64,000 nt of DNA from Lingula anatina (Eukaryota > Animalia > Brachiopoda). The translations under genes and the position numbers were made by a program. Positions 28,771-41,500 of the stretch are shown here, one piece after another. Position 1 is the first letter of the stretch, and each line of letters starts with the position of its first letter. Below the pieces are notes generated by a model, which made no database searches, had not been told where the DNA came from, and was given only the letters and a program-made list of their open reading frames with translations. The DNA is taken from NCBI GenBank assembly GCA_051362555.1, contig CM120642.1:32426001-32490000 (forward strand), written 5' to 3'.

Positions 28771-29993
28771 CTGAACATAAATTACTTTTATCGGCGAATT
28801 TAATAAGTTGTAAGACTCATCCATGCAATGCGGAAGTTATGTTATTACGATAGAATTCTGGGAATGTGGTGATTCTTTTCAAACATGCGCACTAGCGGTT
28901 TGACCTGCTTTACCTGTTGCACCGATGTTAACAGTTAAGCAGTGATCGAATGCCCAACTGTGAAAAATGGGAAAACGTTACGGTCCATCATTCCTGTAAA
29001 TTTTACATAGACGGATCGTACTTGCACGTGGCGTATTCCAGTAAACGTTGTCTTACCCGAGCGACTATAGGGATCTACAATTAATTGTGTTTTTAAATAT
29101 TCGTTTTTTTTTTTTTTTGTTTTTTTTTTAGAAAAGCGTATAGCACTACAATCAGCTTATACAGTTTAATCCGTTTTCGCTCTTGGGCTTTGTACTCTGA
29201 ACGCTCTCGATTTCTAACCATCTGTAGCTTAATAACCTTAATTAATTATCCCTCCCTCCAAAAATAATATATAATAATATTATAATATTACAGTTATTGT
29301 AATGGAGCATTTTAATTAGAATTATAATTAATTTTAGGATGTCTGTGTGAATAATTAAATAACTGTGTATAGTGATTAATAAGGCTTCTCAGCTTTACAC
29401 CAACCTGGCCAATATGCTAATTTGCCTGCATGTCTATGAAGGACAAAAATAAAAGGAAAGTGAAAGTGACACTGTCATGAATTAGGGGAAACACTGGGGA
29501 AACGGCTCATTATATCCATCTGTCATATGAACTTTTTAATTTGAGTTCGAACAAGAACATTAAATTCACATTATTTACATCTGTTATATGAAATTTCAAA
29601 TTCGAGTTCAAATCGACTTAGACAAAGACTTATATTAGATTCCTTGATTTAGATTAAAAAAAACTCATGACTTTTTATAAACAAATAAATTTAATGCACA
29701 TTAGCCAGCTAGCTCTCTCGCTTTTTTCCATCTTCAATGACCAGATTTATTACGAACATTGCTTTTTGTCTTCATATTGCCTCCCCCGTTAAAAAAATGT
29801 TATATTTAAATAAGCATTTAATTAGAAACAACCTTAAAGAACGGTGAGAGGGGTGGGGCGTGGACAGGACTTATGTGATTGGTTGTCTACTGACAAGACT
29901 TCACTTACGACCTTGACCTACATAGGTGCGCATGCTTGCTTGGTTGCAAAATAAAAACAATCCGACGACATAACACTAGAGCTGGTTAAAAAG
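28771..29993. promoter_or_regulatory. Probable divergent promoter region: Tec kinase non-coding first exon (-, donor at 28770) and FAXDC2 non-coding first exon (+, donor after 29993)
   Basis: Local CpG enrichment; minus-strand donor CAG|GTAAGA at 28770; plus-strand donor AAG|GTATGT at 29994; ETS-like CGGAAGT (~28832), NRF1-like CATGCGCA (~28884) and TGCGCATGC (29927-29935), GC-box GGGTGGGGCGTGG (~29851). TSS positions are inferred. Confidence 0.55.
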
Positions 29994-30882
29994 GTATGTT
30001 TATGGACTGTTTAGAAAAGTTGTGCTGTAAAAAGAGAGAATATATGACTCTGGTGTTGTGTGCATGTGTATTTTGTATTTTGAGACGATATTCGAAGGAG
30101 TTTTAACGAGAATATACACATGCCTGAAACTGACATATGAAATGGACTTTGGACTGCAGTAATGTAATGATAATTATGTGATACGGACTTTGGACCAACA
30201 AAGAAAAAAATCTCGTAAATATATAGATCTATATAGATAAATATATTGATATGTTTACATATTTTTACTATTAATACAACAGATTCAATTTGTTCACATG
30301 CATTCTTGTGTGATCGTAAATTAACAAAAATAAATATACTGGTATTTATACTGGTAGTGGATTGAAATCGAGAAGGGAAAGATCGGAGAAAGAGTAAAAA
30401 AAAAAAGGTACATATTTGTAGTCACCACCCAGTCAAATTAGGAGACTTGGTGACTTCAAGCAGTGTCTCTGCTATTTAATTTAGAAATTTACTGACAATT
30501 TTTACCTTTTATTAATAAACCTTAATGCACTTAATTTAAACAATGAGATTACAGTAAATCTTCAATCCGTATAAGTGACAGTCCTGGTTCTCACTAAATT
30601 TGGATGGCATCAAGGTTAATGTTAAAGCATCTTTTAATTTGTAAATGAATTGCCAAACTAATTTATTTGAATGGTGGAGACATATGCTCAAAGTAATCAC
30701 ACAAATAAATTCAGAAAAGATATTAAAAATATGGTAAGGGGAAATACTGGATAAGTGCCAAAAAAAAAAAAAAAAAAAAAAGGATGTCCTCCATTTTTGC
30801 TTTTGTTGCCCTTTTATCAGTTTGACTTCAATAAAAAAAAATTCAAAATAACATTTACACATTTTTTCCCCTTCAGATCATC

Positions 30883-33800
30883 ATGCTGGCCCAAGAAGGT
30901 CCTGCTACTTCCACAGAGTCTAGTCCTCCACAGAAGGCAGTACGCCTGGTAGACTCCGTGAGAAAGGCAGCATGGATCATAGGCTCAGCTCTCATTACTT
31001 TTGCTGCTTTTAGGAATTCTGTTACTTGGTAAGATAATTGTTACTCTACCAATCTTGTAGAACTGGATGATGGAGTGAGTTATAGTTACTACTACAATTC
31101 ACATGGTGACTTGGTCTAAACCTTCAGGAATTGCTTCTGCTGCAGTAATAGAAGGACATTTGATTCCAAAGTTCTGAAAATGATTTCCTTTTCACCCAAA
31201 GTGTGGAGTGTACCTAAAAGTAGATTTTTTGCCCCAGCTAGTTTTTGCCATGTCTGACCTATGTTATTTTTAAAAAGTTAAAAAGAATTAGTTAAATTGG
31301 CAGTACTGTTATATACTGCAGTTCTGTTTTTATACTGAATTCAGTCTTTGACTTTATATTTATATTCAGTTTTTGACATTGTATTTATTTTTTAGGCATT
31401 TACAACAAGTGTGGGGTGCATCAGGAGATTTTTGGCAAAGACAGTGGGAGAAAATATACAATTTCTGTGATGGAAATGAGTTTGTCATAGGAGTAATCGG
31501 TAGGCTATATTATTTGCTTGTTTGTTAATAAGAGATAAAACTATTAAATTCCTGAGATAAATATGTATTGCCAACTTTAACTTCAACATACACATTTGTC
31601 AGTGGCCAGGTATGTTATAGTACAGCATCATATGATGACCTTAACAATATGGTGAAACTAAAAGGGAAACGCTTAGGCTAAGATCTTCAAAAAGTTTACA
31701 GTATCAATACTTGAAAGCCAGTACTGGAGTGACATTCAATATCGAAATACTATCTAAATATAACGGCATTTAAGGGAACTCAATCTTTTATTAGCTGCAA
31801 GTTTCCACGTCTCATATCTGTTTTAAATCCTTTAAATTTTTTTTTCTCAAATTTTTATCATTTGCAGGTGCTAATTTGCTTGCCTTGGTAGTATTCTGGA
31901 CATTCAATGCATTGTTCCTGCTAGTGGATGTTACAGGGTTTCCACAGAGTGTGCTCAAGTATAAGATACAGCCAGATGCTAACGTCCCTGTAAGTAGTCA
32001 TAGGACCCACTCCCGTAGACACTATCGATCTATGTAGATCGATCTCACTCTGTGGGGACTTCTGCTGAGTGCAAACAGCTTAACTGACTAACATGCCTCC
32101 TCCTGGGTTTTAAGTACAGTAGAAAAACAGAAAAGCTGTGTGTTTATCCTGATATGTTTGAAAACAAGAGGAGGCGTGTCATTCAGTTAAGCTGATTGCA
32201 CTCAGCAAGAGTCCCTGCAGAGTTGGATCAATCTACATTGACCAATGTTGTCTCTGGGAATGAGATCGTAAAGAATTGATGTGACCTGGTTTGTTAAGGT
32301 CTGCTTGATGCCATGTACCTGTTTTTATAAATGACATTCACATTAGAATACCTTATAAATGTGTTCAAACTGTTTACTTAAATATAATATGGTAATTGAA
32401 TGAATTTTCTATATTTTATCCTGTAACATGTGCAGTCAGTTCCTTAGATTCTCGAGACTGAGAAATTTAAGGCAGGGCACAGCTAGTTACTAACACAACC
32501 GTTTCCCAGCTTCCCTAAATTATTGTTTTACATTCACACACACACACACCAACACACACACACACACGTGAAAAATATTCTAATCAAAGGTTCTGCCTTA
32601 CATCAGGTGGACCGCAAAAAGCTGAAGAATGCAGTGCTCACAGTATTGTTCAACCAGATGGTGATTGGACTCCCAGTTTGTGCTCTGTGGTTCGTGGTGA
32701 TGAGATGGAGGGGTTGTCAGTACACGCCTGAAAGTCTTCCAACGTTTCAGTGGGTGCTTCTGGAATTACTGGTGTTTTCACTGGCGGAGGAGTTTTTCTT
32801 TTATTACTCACACAGGTAAGGCTGCGTTGTATTGGATTATTTAAAAAATCAAAGATTTATGATAAAAGAATTAACAGTAATACCTGTCATGATTTATAAA
32901 ATGAAATACCTTCTCCTAAGAAAAAAGAGAAATTTCACTGTTTCACCCCCCTCATTATTAATTTGAGAAAAAATGTTTAATGAATTCGACTGCTACTAGT
33001 ACATAAAATTAATAATATACGTGAATATTTAAACATCACTAGACACTGTGAGAAACTAAAACTTAAGTCAGATGAACATTTATTATAAGCAGTAGGGGGC
33101 TCGCCATTGAAAATTCAAGAGAATATTCATAAACTTTTTACTTAAAACTTGTGTAATTATGTGTTCAATATCCAGGACCTTTCATCACCCCCGCATTTAC
33201 CGCCTGATCCACAAGCGTCACCATGAGTGGACTGCCCCCATAGGGATCATAGCACTGTACGCCCACCCCATTGAACACATCTTCAGTAACATGTTACCAG
33301 TGTTCATGGGGCCGACCATCATGGGATCCCACATGGCCACTTCTTACCTGTGGCTTGTCCTGGCACTGTTGTCAACCACTGTGTCACACTGTGGATACCA
33401 CCTGCCCTTCCTACCCTCACCTGAGGCACATGACTTTCACCACTTCAAGTATGTATCTTTGTGAAGATGTCACAGTATTTTACAAGACTTTTTTTCAAAC
33501 AGATATTGTGTGAAATGTCATATAAGTTATGTGCACAAGAATGTGAGACAGTGGTAGTAGTCTTGAACCTCATTCATGACCTATACTCAGTGTATATGTA
33601 CTCAGGGTTGGCAATGCTGTATTTCTGAAACATTGCAGAGTTGTGAACCCAGAGAAACAAATGTGAACTGAAAAGACCATTTGGAATGTGACTATTTGGA
33701 ATGTGACTATTTTGCATATATTTATTTATAATTTTTTATAGGTTCACCAACAACTTTGGAGTTCTTGGTGTTTTGGATCGTCTTCATGGCACAGATAACC

Positions 33801-33901
33801 ATTTCCGTGCTTCAAAAGCTTACGAGCGCCATGTTTTGCTCCTCAGCTTGACTCCGATGAGAGAAACTATCCCAGATGTGGTCAAAGGGAAGAAGATGTG
33901 A
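30883..33901 (+). CDS. FAXDC2: Fatty acid hydroxylase domain-containing protein 2 (sterol desaturase/hydroxylase superfamily)
   Basis: Exons 30883-31028 (MLAQEG...AAFRNSVTW), 31396-31499 (HLQQVWGASGDFWQRQW), 31868-31989 (..KYKIQPDANVP), 32607-32815 (..EEFFFYYSHR), 33176-33448 (HKRHHEWTAPIG..YAHPIEH..SHCGYHLPFLPSPEAHDFHHF), 33742-33901 (FTNNFGVLGVLDRLHGTD..TGA). His boxes are intact and all phases are consistent. Confidence 0.94.
32003..32268. mobile_element. Harbinger-like MITE in FAXDC2 intron 3
   Basis: GGACCCACTCCCGTAGACAC..GTAGATCGATC..CAGCTTAACTGA / TCAGTTAAGCTG..GATCAATCTAC..GTCTCTGGGAATGAGATC. Confidence 0.7.
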
Positions 33902-35462
33902 GGGTGGTTCTCTCTCTTAAATTTCTACTTTCTTGCTAAAAGAACTAGGTGTCATTTAGGACATATAACTGTATACATGTAGCTTCATTACAATTCAGCT
34001 GACATCTTTTAGACGTCCTATTTGTTGTACAAAACAAGGTACGTATATGCATACTCTTGTTGGCAATGAATGATTGAACAACGACAGAATCTCTCTTCCT
34101 CTTTGTTTTATATTATGTAATATTATGTTTGATGCTTCAACACAGTTTGGTGTTCTTGGTTTACTTTTTGCACCATGACACATAAAGGTTTTCATTTTTA
34201 CAGTCTCTGAACTGTAATTGCCAGTACTACAACATCAACAACAGACACCTAAGAGAAAAAAATTATTATGCAAAAATACATACAAAAACAAACACCAAAA
34301 ATTCAATAACTTTCATAAACATTATCCATTTATGTTAATTTCCAAATTAAACACAAATTCTTCAGAGGAAGCTCCCTAATGAAATATAAGAAAAATAAAT
34401 TGTAAAGGCTTCAATTGGCATGTGTGGGTGGATATTGTATGTTTGTCAAAAAGATGCTGTGACACTGAACCATTTCTTATATGATTAAGATGCCAAATTG
34501 TGGTTTCACATAGGTTTATCTTAAAATCAGCACATTATGTCATATATATTTTTGGCTACATTTGTTTAGCATAATCTTTTATACGATTTTTAAAAATCCA
34601 TTACCTGTAAGTAATTTTAACATTCTATTGAAATGTTGAAAAGGATTTAATTTTGAATCTCAGAAGCTTCTTATAAAGTTCGTTTGATAACAAAATTTGA
34701 TCTTTTATACTTGTGAGTTTGGTTTGAATTTATCACAAGAATTTTTATTAAGGGCTTCAAATGCATGAGCTGTCAAATTATTCTTTCTCCATTAAGTGAC
34801 TAATCAAATTATTTGAATCATTAACCAAAATTTCATTACAGAAAAAAATAGGCCATTTTGTTCCTATATCTTTACTGGAATAAATGCTATAAATGTACTT
34901 GTATAAAAATGTGTTGGTGTTCACTTCTTTCATTAAAGTTTAAGCTTAATTTTCTGAAGTGTGGCCAGTTATTTCTGCCAATTACCTTTCACATGCACTG
35001 AACTCGGGATGTCAAAAGGGGAAAAAGATGAGGACAAAACATGGTTTTGTTACATGACCGATGAATATTTGAAGAATTCATTTTGAAGCTGTAGTATTTT
35101 CCACTTTTAAGTATCAAGAATTGGAAAGAATCTACAGTAATGTGACACATCTGAAGAATCTTTTTTACTGCGTCTTCAACATGTTTGATGCAGTGTTCTG
35201 ATGGGTTTACAAATAATTTATTTTGTAACCATGTAACACACGGTTACTCCTCACAACAGTCAGAAAACAGGGCAATAAATGTCTTTTCTAGTATCCACCA
35301 TGGTTCTAAATTAAAAAATACTTCGAAACAGAAAATTTTACCATACAAATGATCGACATTCAAAACCATTTACAGTATGACTTCATGCTACAGGCTTTCT
35401 CTGGGTTGGCATATATCTTTATATTCGACCATAAACTGTTTCACTGCTGTATCAGTCAAAAT

Positions 35463-36643
35463 TCATGTAATAGAATCAACAATGTCACACATCATTACAT
35501 CTCGTAGATCTAGATAATCTCCCTCAGACTGTTTGTCATCTTGTTGTGTCTCTGTCGTGACGGTCTCTTCCTCCGTTTTCACCAGAAGCTTATTGTCCAA
35601 GCTGGTGTCACTAGGCAAAGAACTCACACAGGTTTGGAGCATTTCATACACTTTTTCCAAATGTTTCTGAAATCTGTCAGCGGTCTCTAATCTCTGTCTC
35701 TTCTGCACCTCTAACATGACACGCAAAGTCTCTCTTGCTTGGTGTGGACGGAATTCGTTGATTAAGTGATGTATGTGAATAAACAGGAGATTCAAATCAT
35801 CAATTTTTTCTGCTCGTTTCGGGGAATCGGGACTCTTTATAAGAATGTCCAGCAAATCTAAAAAGTTGGCCAGTAGAGAATGGTTGAGTTTTTTCAGTTC
35901 TTTTTTGTGGTCGTAATTCTGTGGATACAGTCTGCGCAATCCCTGACTCTCCAGGGGGCGAATGATGACATCATCTGCATGGAATGTATTCCCAAACATA
36001 GCATAGCTATCCTAAAAAAAAAAAAAAAAAAAACAATGAGATACTTTATATATGTCTGAAATTGTGCCAAAGTCATATCTTTACATCTAAATATCCTGTA
36101 AAATTTCTTATCCTTCAAAATTCACAACCAAAATTGGATAAAACTGCTCAAAACCTGTCTGATGTCCGAATTGCAAAATATCAGTTGATTAGAAATATGG
36201 TACAAAACATCAAATCCAAGAAAAATTGTTTGTAAGGTTTTTTTTCTTGAAGAAATGTGAATTTGGCACGAAAGATTCTGTATAGAATACCTTGAACTTC
36301 ACTTTAATTTTGCCTAGGCAAGGGCACGACAGGGGCGTAACCAGACCCTTTAAAATTGTACGCACAGATTTAGAAAATTTCCAGGTATGATTATATTCCG
36401 TGAAAAATACACTGAATTTATGGAGAATAATATCATGGTTGGCTCAAAAAATTGTATGCACAGTGCATCCGTGCGTATGCCTGGTTACGCCCCTGCATGA
36501 TAATGGACAATACTTGTTACCTGTATTGGGGGTGGTGGTTTGGGAACTCTTCCTCTGGCCACATTTTCATCTGTGTAGTGGTTAACAAACTGCATGGGAG
36601 GAAGAGGATAGGAGCTGCTTGTTTGCTGCTGACCATCTGCCAT
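35463..36643 (-). CDS. MED7: Mediator complex subunit 7
   Basis: Exon 36521-36643 ([41 protein letters not shown]) splices in phase 0 to 35463-36011 ([70 protein letters not shown]). These are characteristic MED7 motifs. Confidence 0.96.
36330..36495. mobile_element. MITE in MED7 intron, TIR CAGGGGCGTAACCAG, 5-bp TSD CACGA/CATGA
   Basis: Perfect 15-bp TIR CAGGGGCGTAACCAG / CTGGTTACGCCCCTG; flanks match at 4 of 5 positions. Confidence 0.8.
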
Positions 36644-37134
36644 CTTGGTCTATCTGAATTGTTCACAATAATAATAATTAGGGTGAAGAATGATAAATAA
36701 AGATCACTTAAATACAATCTGTAAGTCGTCTTTTTTACTTTCAGGCAACACTTAATCATAATTATGTCAAGCAATTAATTAAATAAATTTAAAATGACCA
36801 ACTGTAATTATGATTGGGGTGTCAAAAAACCTAGCTCATCATGACTTAACTCCCACTCCCAGGCCCTTTTACTGCCAATTTACAACCCTTCCCGGAGGTA
36901 ACGTTAATGATGACAGAAAATGCTTCAGAATCTATTATACCTGTATATTGTGATTGACTTCGTTTGGATGCACCTTAACACAAACGCTAAGAATGTACCT
37001 CTATTTAAAACTTAAGAACATTTTATAGGTAATTGAGTACATTAGCGTCAAAGTTACACGTTGGCAATAATTATTTATTATCCAAATCCCGTTTAAACGC
37101 CCTTTAGTAGTAGAAGATAATACAAAACATGCAC

Positions 37135-38533
37135 CTTCGGTTCCCCACACCAGGCTTTACGGAAGTTGTTACTTACGCATGCGTAGCACAATTAGGTCAG
37201 AGCACCCAGCACCTGCCACCTTTCTCAGTGTGCATCTGAGATGTAGCGGCCGATTCGTTTGCTGCATGAAACAAAACTGCGCTCCGTACGTGTTTGTCCA
37301 GTCAAACGCCTGTCATATATATTTTTAATCAACGGTCTAACGCTCATGAAAGTTACCTACATTTTCTTAAACAGAACGTTAAAAAAAATTCCCCCCTTCC
37401 CAATAAATAAATAAATAAATTAATTAATTAAGTAGAAATAAAAAAATTAATTAAAATAAAATAAATAAATAAATTGGTGTCGACATTTCACTATGAACTA
37501 AAGGTGGGACATCGAAACCAGTGCAGGGTCGAGTGGGACAATGATACGCACGTAAGAGAAATTTCTTTCTTTCTTTCTTTCTTTCTTTAATTCTTTCTTT
37601 CTTTTTTCCGAAGAAACGAAAACCCCGTCCAGCAACCCTTTTGCTTACCTCTGATACTGAAGACAAAAAGCCTCAGTGTCTGAATTGATGATTATATCTT
37701 CGCAGGATATTTTTATAGGCCTACCAGTAAATGTGACATCGGGACATATCCAAGCGCTTTATATTAATACTTTAAATGGAAGAAAATATAACGCTGATGT
37801 GGGTGGAGGGTGAACGAGGGTTCGTTTTATTTGGCTGTTACAAATGTATCAGCATAATGCGTGCACATTTTAGGCGTATCTATAATTTCGCAACGTACAT
37901 TTTTTTGCCAGGACAGGCCCGTATGTCAACTAAAATAAATCAATAAAAAATTCAACCGCCCTAAGTTTCGGGAGTTGCATTATTCAGGCTCGGACAGTGT
38001 TGTAATTACTTGCCTTTTATGAAACCCTATTCAAATGTCAAGTTTATATACCTTGCTTTGAATCTGTGTTCCTCAAAGGAACTTTTAACACAGGGTGTGT
38101 GTGTGTGTATGTGTGTTTTAATGGGGGGGGGGGGGGGGGGAACGCACTGCACGTGGCTTTAGCTGCATTTAAGTAAAAAATACGCCAAACTATTGTACGT
38201 GTAGGCCTACCTTTTAAAATTATAAAAATGAATAAAAAATATCTGCGCACCACCCTCAACAAAGGCAAAAGTTTGCAAAAACGAGTTTGCAAAAGTTTGC
38301 AATTAAACTTTGAATTGCTGCCAATTTTCAGCAAATTTGTAAAGAAGGAATTGCTTTTTGCCGCATAGTTGCCGCAGGCCTGATATTTTGTGGAGGGCGG
38401 TGCACCATACTGGTACTGCCCCCTATCGGCGACCCCGCAACATATGTTTAAGTTGAAGTTTATGTGGATCTAACTGGGTCATCGGGAGAGGTTATGTTTA
38501 CAAACTTTAATTTATCCTTTGCAAGGTGCCGTT
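37135..38533. promoter_or_regulatory. Probable divergent promoter region MED7 (-) / ACSF2 (+)
   Basis: CpG-enriched interval between head-to-head genes; minus-strand donor GAAG|GTGCAT at 37134 suggests a MED7 non-coding first exon; ETS-like CGGAAGT (~37160) and palindromic ACGCATGCGT (~37175). Confidence 0.55.
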
Positions 38534-41500
38534 ATGACAAGGCGACTGTTAATCAAGTACTCTCGCAATCTCGGCTGGTTTGTCAACAACCGTTATACAC
38601 AATCGAGAAGGCATCTCAGCGCTGACAGGTAATGTTTATAACAAAACTCACGATCCAGAAGTTACAGTAAATACTCCTGACATTTACATTCTGCGCTGCA
38701 GATGCGGAAATCTTAATTCTGATTTTAGGGGTCATTGCCCACAAGAAATGATATAGCTAATACGACCAATAGCTGCAGTGTTGCCGAGCATTGTCCACGG
38801 CTGTAAAGCACGTCTCATACACTAACACGAAAAACATATGCGTTCCCATTGGCATTTTTATTTACGTATTTTTTTTATCTGCTTTGTGTCTCGTTAGTGT
38901 TAAACAGAGCGTAAATTCACAATTAGTGGCCGGCAGTGTAGTAACGCCAGACTTTCAAACATTGCCTTAAGAGTACAGGAATTATGTCACCACTTGCAGT
39001 TTATCCCAAAATAAGTATGGGGGCTGGTGTAAAGAAACAGTTAAACCGTAAGCAGAGAAATATGCAAGTGGATAGGTAACGTGAAGGAATTTTTGATGAC
39101 AAAAATGTTCAGTATGAGAAATACAAATTGATACAAATTGCATCTTCTAAAGCCTATGCAGTAGACCACTCCGCCTAACATTGGCTCCCTGTGATTGCTA
39201 CAATGATGGAGTGGGGAGGATGACAAAAAAAAAAAAAAAAGATTTGAAAAAGGTCGTTAGAAATATTGAAAATAGATTGTAAATTTTAATTTTAATAAAG
39301 TACAAAATGCAAAATGAGTGTGAAACCTATATTGTAGCAAAATTAAAAATAATAAAATAAAATAAAATGAGTGAAAGAAAAAGAAAAATGCCATCTGTGC
39401 CTTATTATGTTCAACAATGTTTTATTACTCTCTGTCCTTTTCAGTGTCCATGAAAAAACAGGAAAGTTTTAATAAAGTACAAAATGCAAAATGAGTGTGA
39501 AACCTATATTGTAGCAAAATTAAAAATAATAAAATAAAATAAAATGAGTGAAAGAAAAAGAAAAATGCCATCTGTGCCTTATTATGTTCAACAATGTTTT
39601 ATTACTCTCTGTCCTTTTCAGTGTCCATGAAAAAACAGGAAAGTTGGACTGGAGTTATGTCCATGGACCTGCGGAGCGTCCTCTGATAGGGAAAACTATT
39701 GGCAGATTGCTAGACGAAACCAGTGACAGATGTGGAGATAGAACTGCATATGTGTTTTGTAGGGATGGAATCAGAAAAAACTTTACACAGTTTAGAAATG
39801 AGGTACAGGTTATAAGATGTAAATGCTGTTTTAAAATATTTCATTTAGCTGTACTTGCAGGAAAAACTTATAGGAATATCAGTTGTCAATTTGATGGCCT
39901 TTTGGCGAAAAAAAAAAAATTCCCATTTTTCTCTGTCACTGTGTACTACTGCCAGTGCATATCTGGTATGTTATATTAAATATAAATTTAGCTTTAATGT
40001 CTGTCTGTTCAGGTTGACCGTCTTGCAGCAGGTTTTCTGGCCCTTGGACTCGAGCCAGGGGACAGGGTTGGAATGTGGGGACCCAATACAGAGGAGTGGG
40101 TCCTGACACAATATGCCACTGCCAGGGTTGGCATAATACTGGTAAACTATAGCCTAGATTATACTTATTACAGTAATGGGTCCATCATTTCAATGGGGAA
40201 AATGTATCAATTTTTCAGGTACATAATTTTGGAAGCATTAAACATACATTTCTGTGTAGAATTGTGGTGCTCTTACTGTGTGGAATAGAACTATTACGTA
40301 GATATTCTGCTTTTCACTTGTGTTGCTGCCACTCAACAGTAATGTTTCAATTTTAAAAATTTATTACTGAACAAAAATACAGTATCTATAAAATTTGGAA
40401 TTTTCCCGGATTGAAAAGATCAAGCAGTTACCGTAGTTTTAAACCTTTTTTTGAAGAGGTAGAATAGCTGTTAAATTAAATTTTTTTCTCTATAGTTGAT
40501 ACACTGGTACCTGTATGGCGTACATGCCACAGAAGATTTTTTTCAGTAATTGGTTTAAAAAATAACACTATTCTGGTAATAACATGTAAAATATTGTCAA
40601 TTTAAAAAACAATACATATTTGTAACTGTACATACATAGAAATGGTTTGGAATGTTAGGAATGAATGAATTATTGGATTGAAGATGAAGAACTTTTTATT
40701 TACAGGTGAACATCAACCCTGCATATCAAGCTAAGGAATTAGAATTTGCCTTAAGGAAGGTAAACAATCCATTTTATTGAATAAGTTGAATATTTTCACT
40801 TCCTACTCAGGGGCGGACAGAAGCTGTCTTCTGGGTCTTCCAGGAGACAGTCAGAATTTTTCAAGTTTACATTGAAAGGTATCTAATTTTTCTGTCAGAA
40901 GATGGTCAAAAATGGAGGATGGATCATCAAAGAGAATTTGGAAGGCCGTCAAAATTATATATCTGGATCTGCCCCTGTTACTGAAAACAAAAATTTATAA
41001 CTAGCAACCTTGAACATTGGTCCCTTATTTACATAAATTTTTCCATGACTTTAGCTTGTAAGATTCACAGTCTGCCTAAAGGGAACTCATCTTTCTTGTT
41101 TTACTTGTCAAGTGCATGTACTGTCAACATACTTGTATTGAATCTTTCTTTTACTTTAACTTTTAATGTACTTTCATAACTAGTATATCAAATTACTTGG
41201 AACCAGTAGGTTATTTATCAAATTCAAATCAAACACAATTACATGTCAGTATACTTTAAAAAAAAATTACAAATTCGGAAAATAATATACCAGTATTGGC
41301 AGTTATGATCTTCAGTACAACATTTAAATAGTTCCCACTGGTACTCTGTAGAATTCTTTAACACAGTCACATTTTCACCTATTGATAAAGGTCTTGGAAT
41401 TTTCTTAACTACACTGTACTAACTACTCTTGTTGTATTAGTTATCAAAGATTCCTGTCAGTTTACTTTTCCTTTATTGTCATTGTTCTTATTTTGCATAT

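Noticed and set aside
33449-33460. GTATGTATCTTT donor as a U12-type intron
   Set aside because: Does not match the GTATCCTT consensus; it is an ordinary U2 donor.
37914-38382. CAGGCC...GGCCTG-bounded segment in the MED7/ACSF2 promoter as another 5-bp-TSD MITE
   Set aside because: The inverted match is only partial and no target-site duplication is visible.
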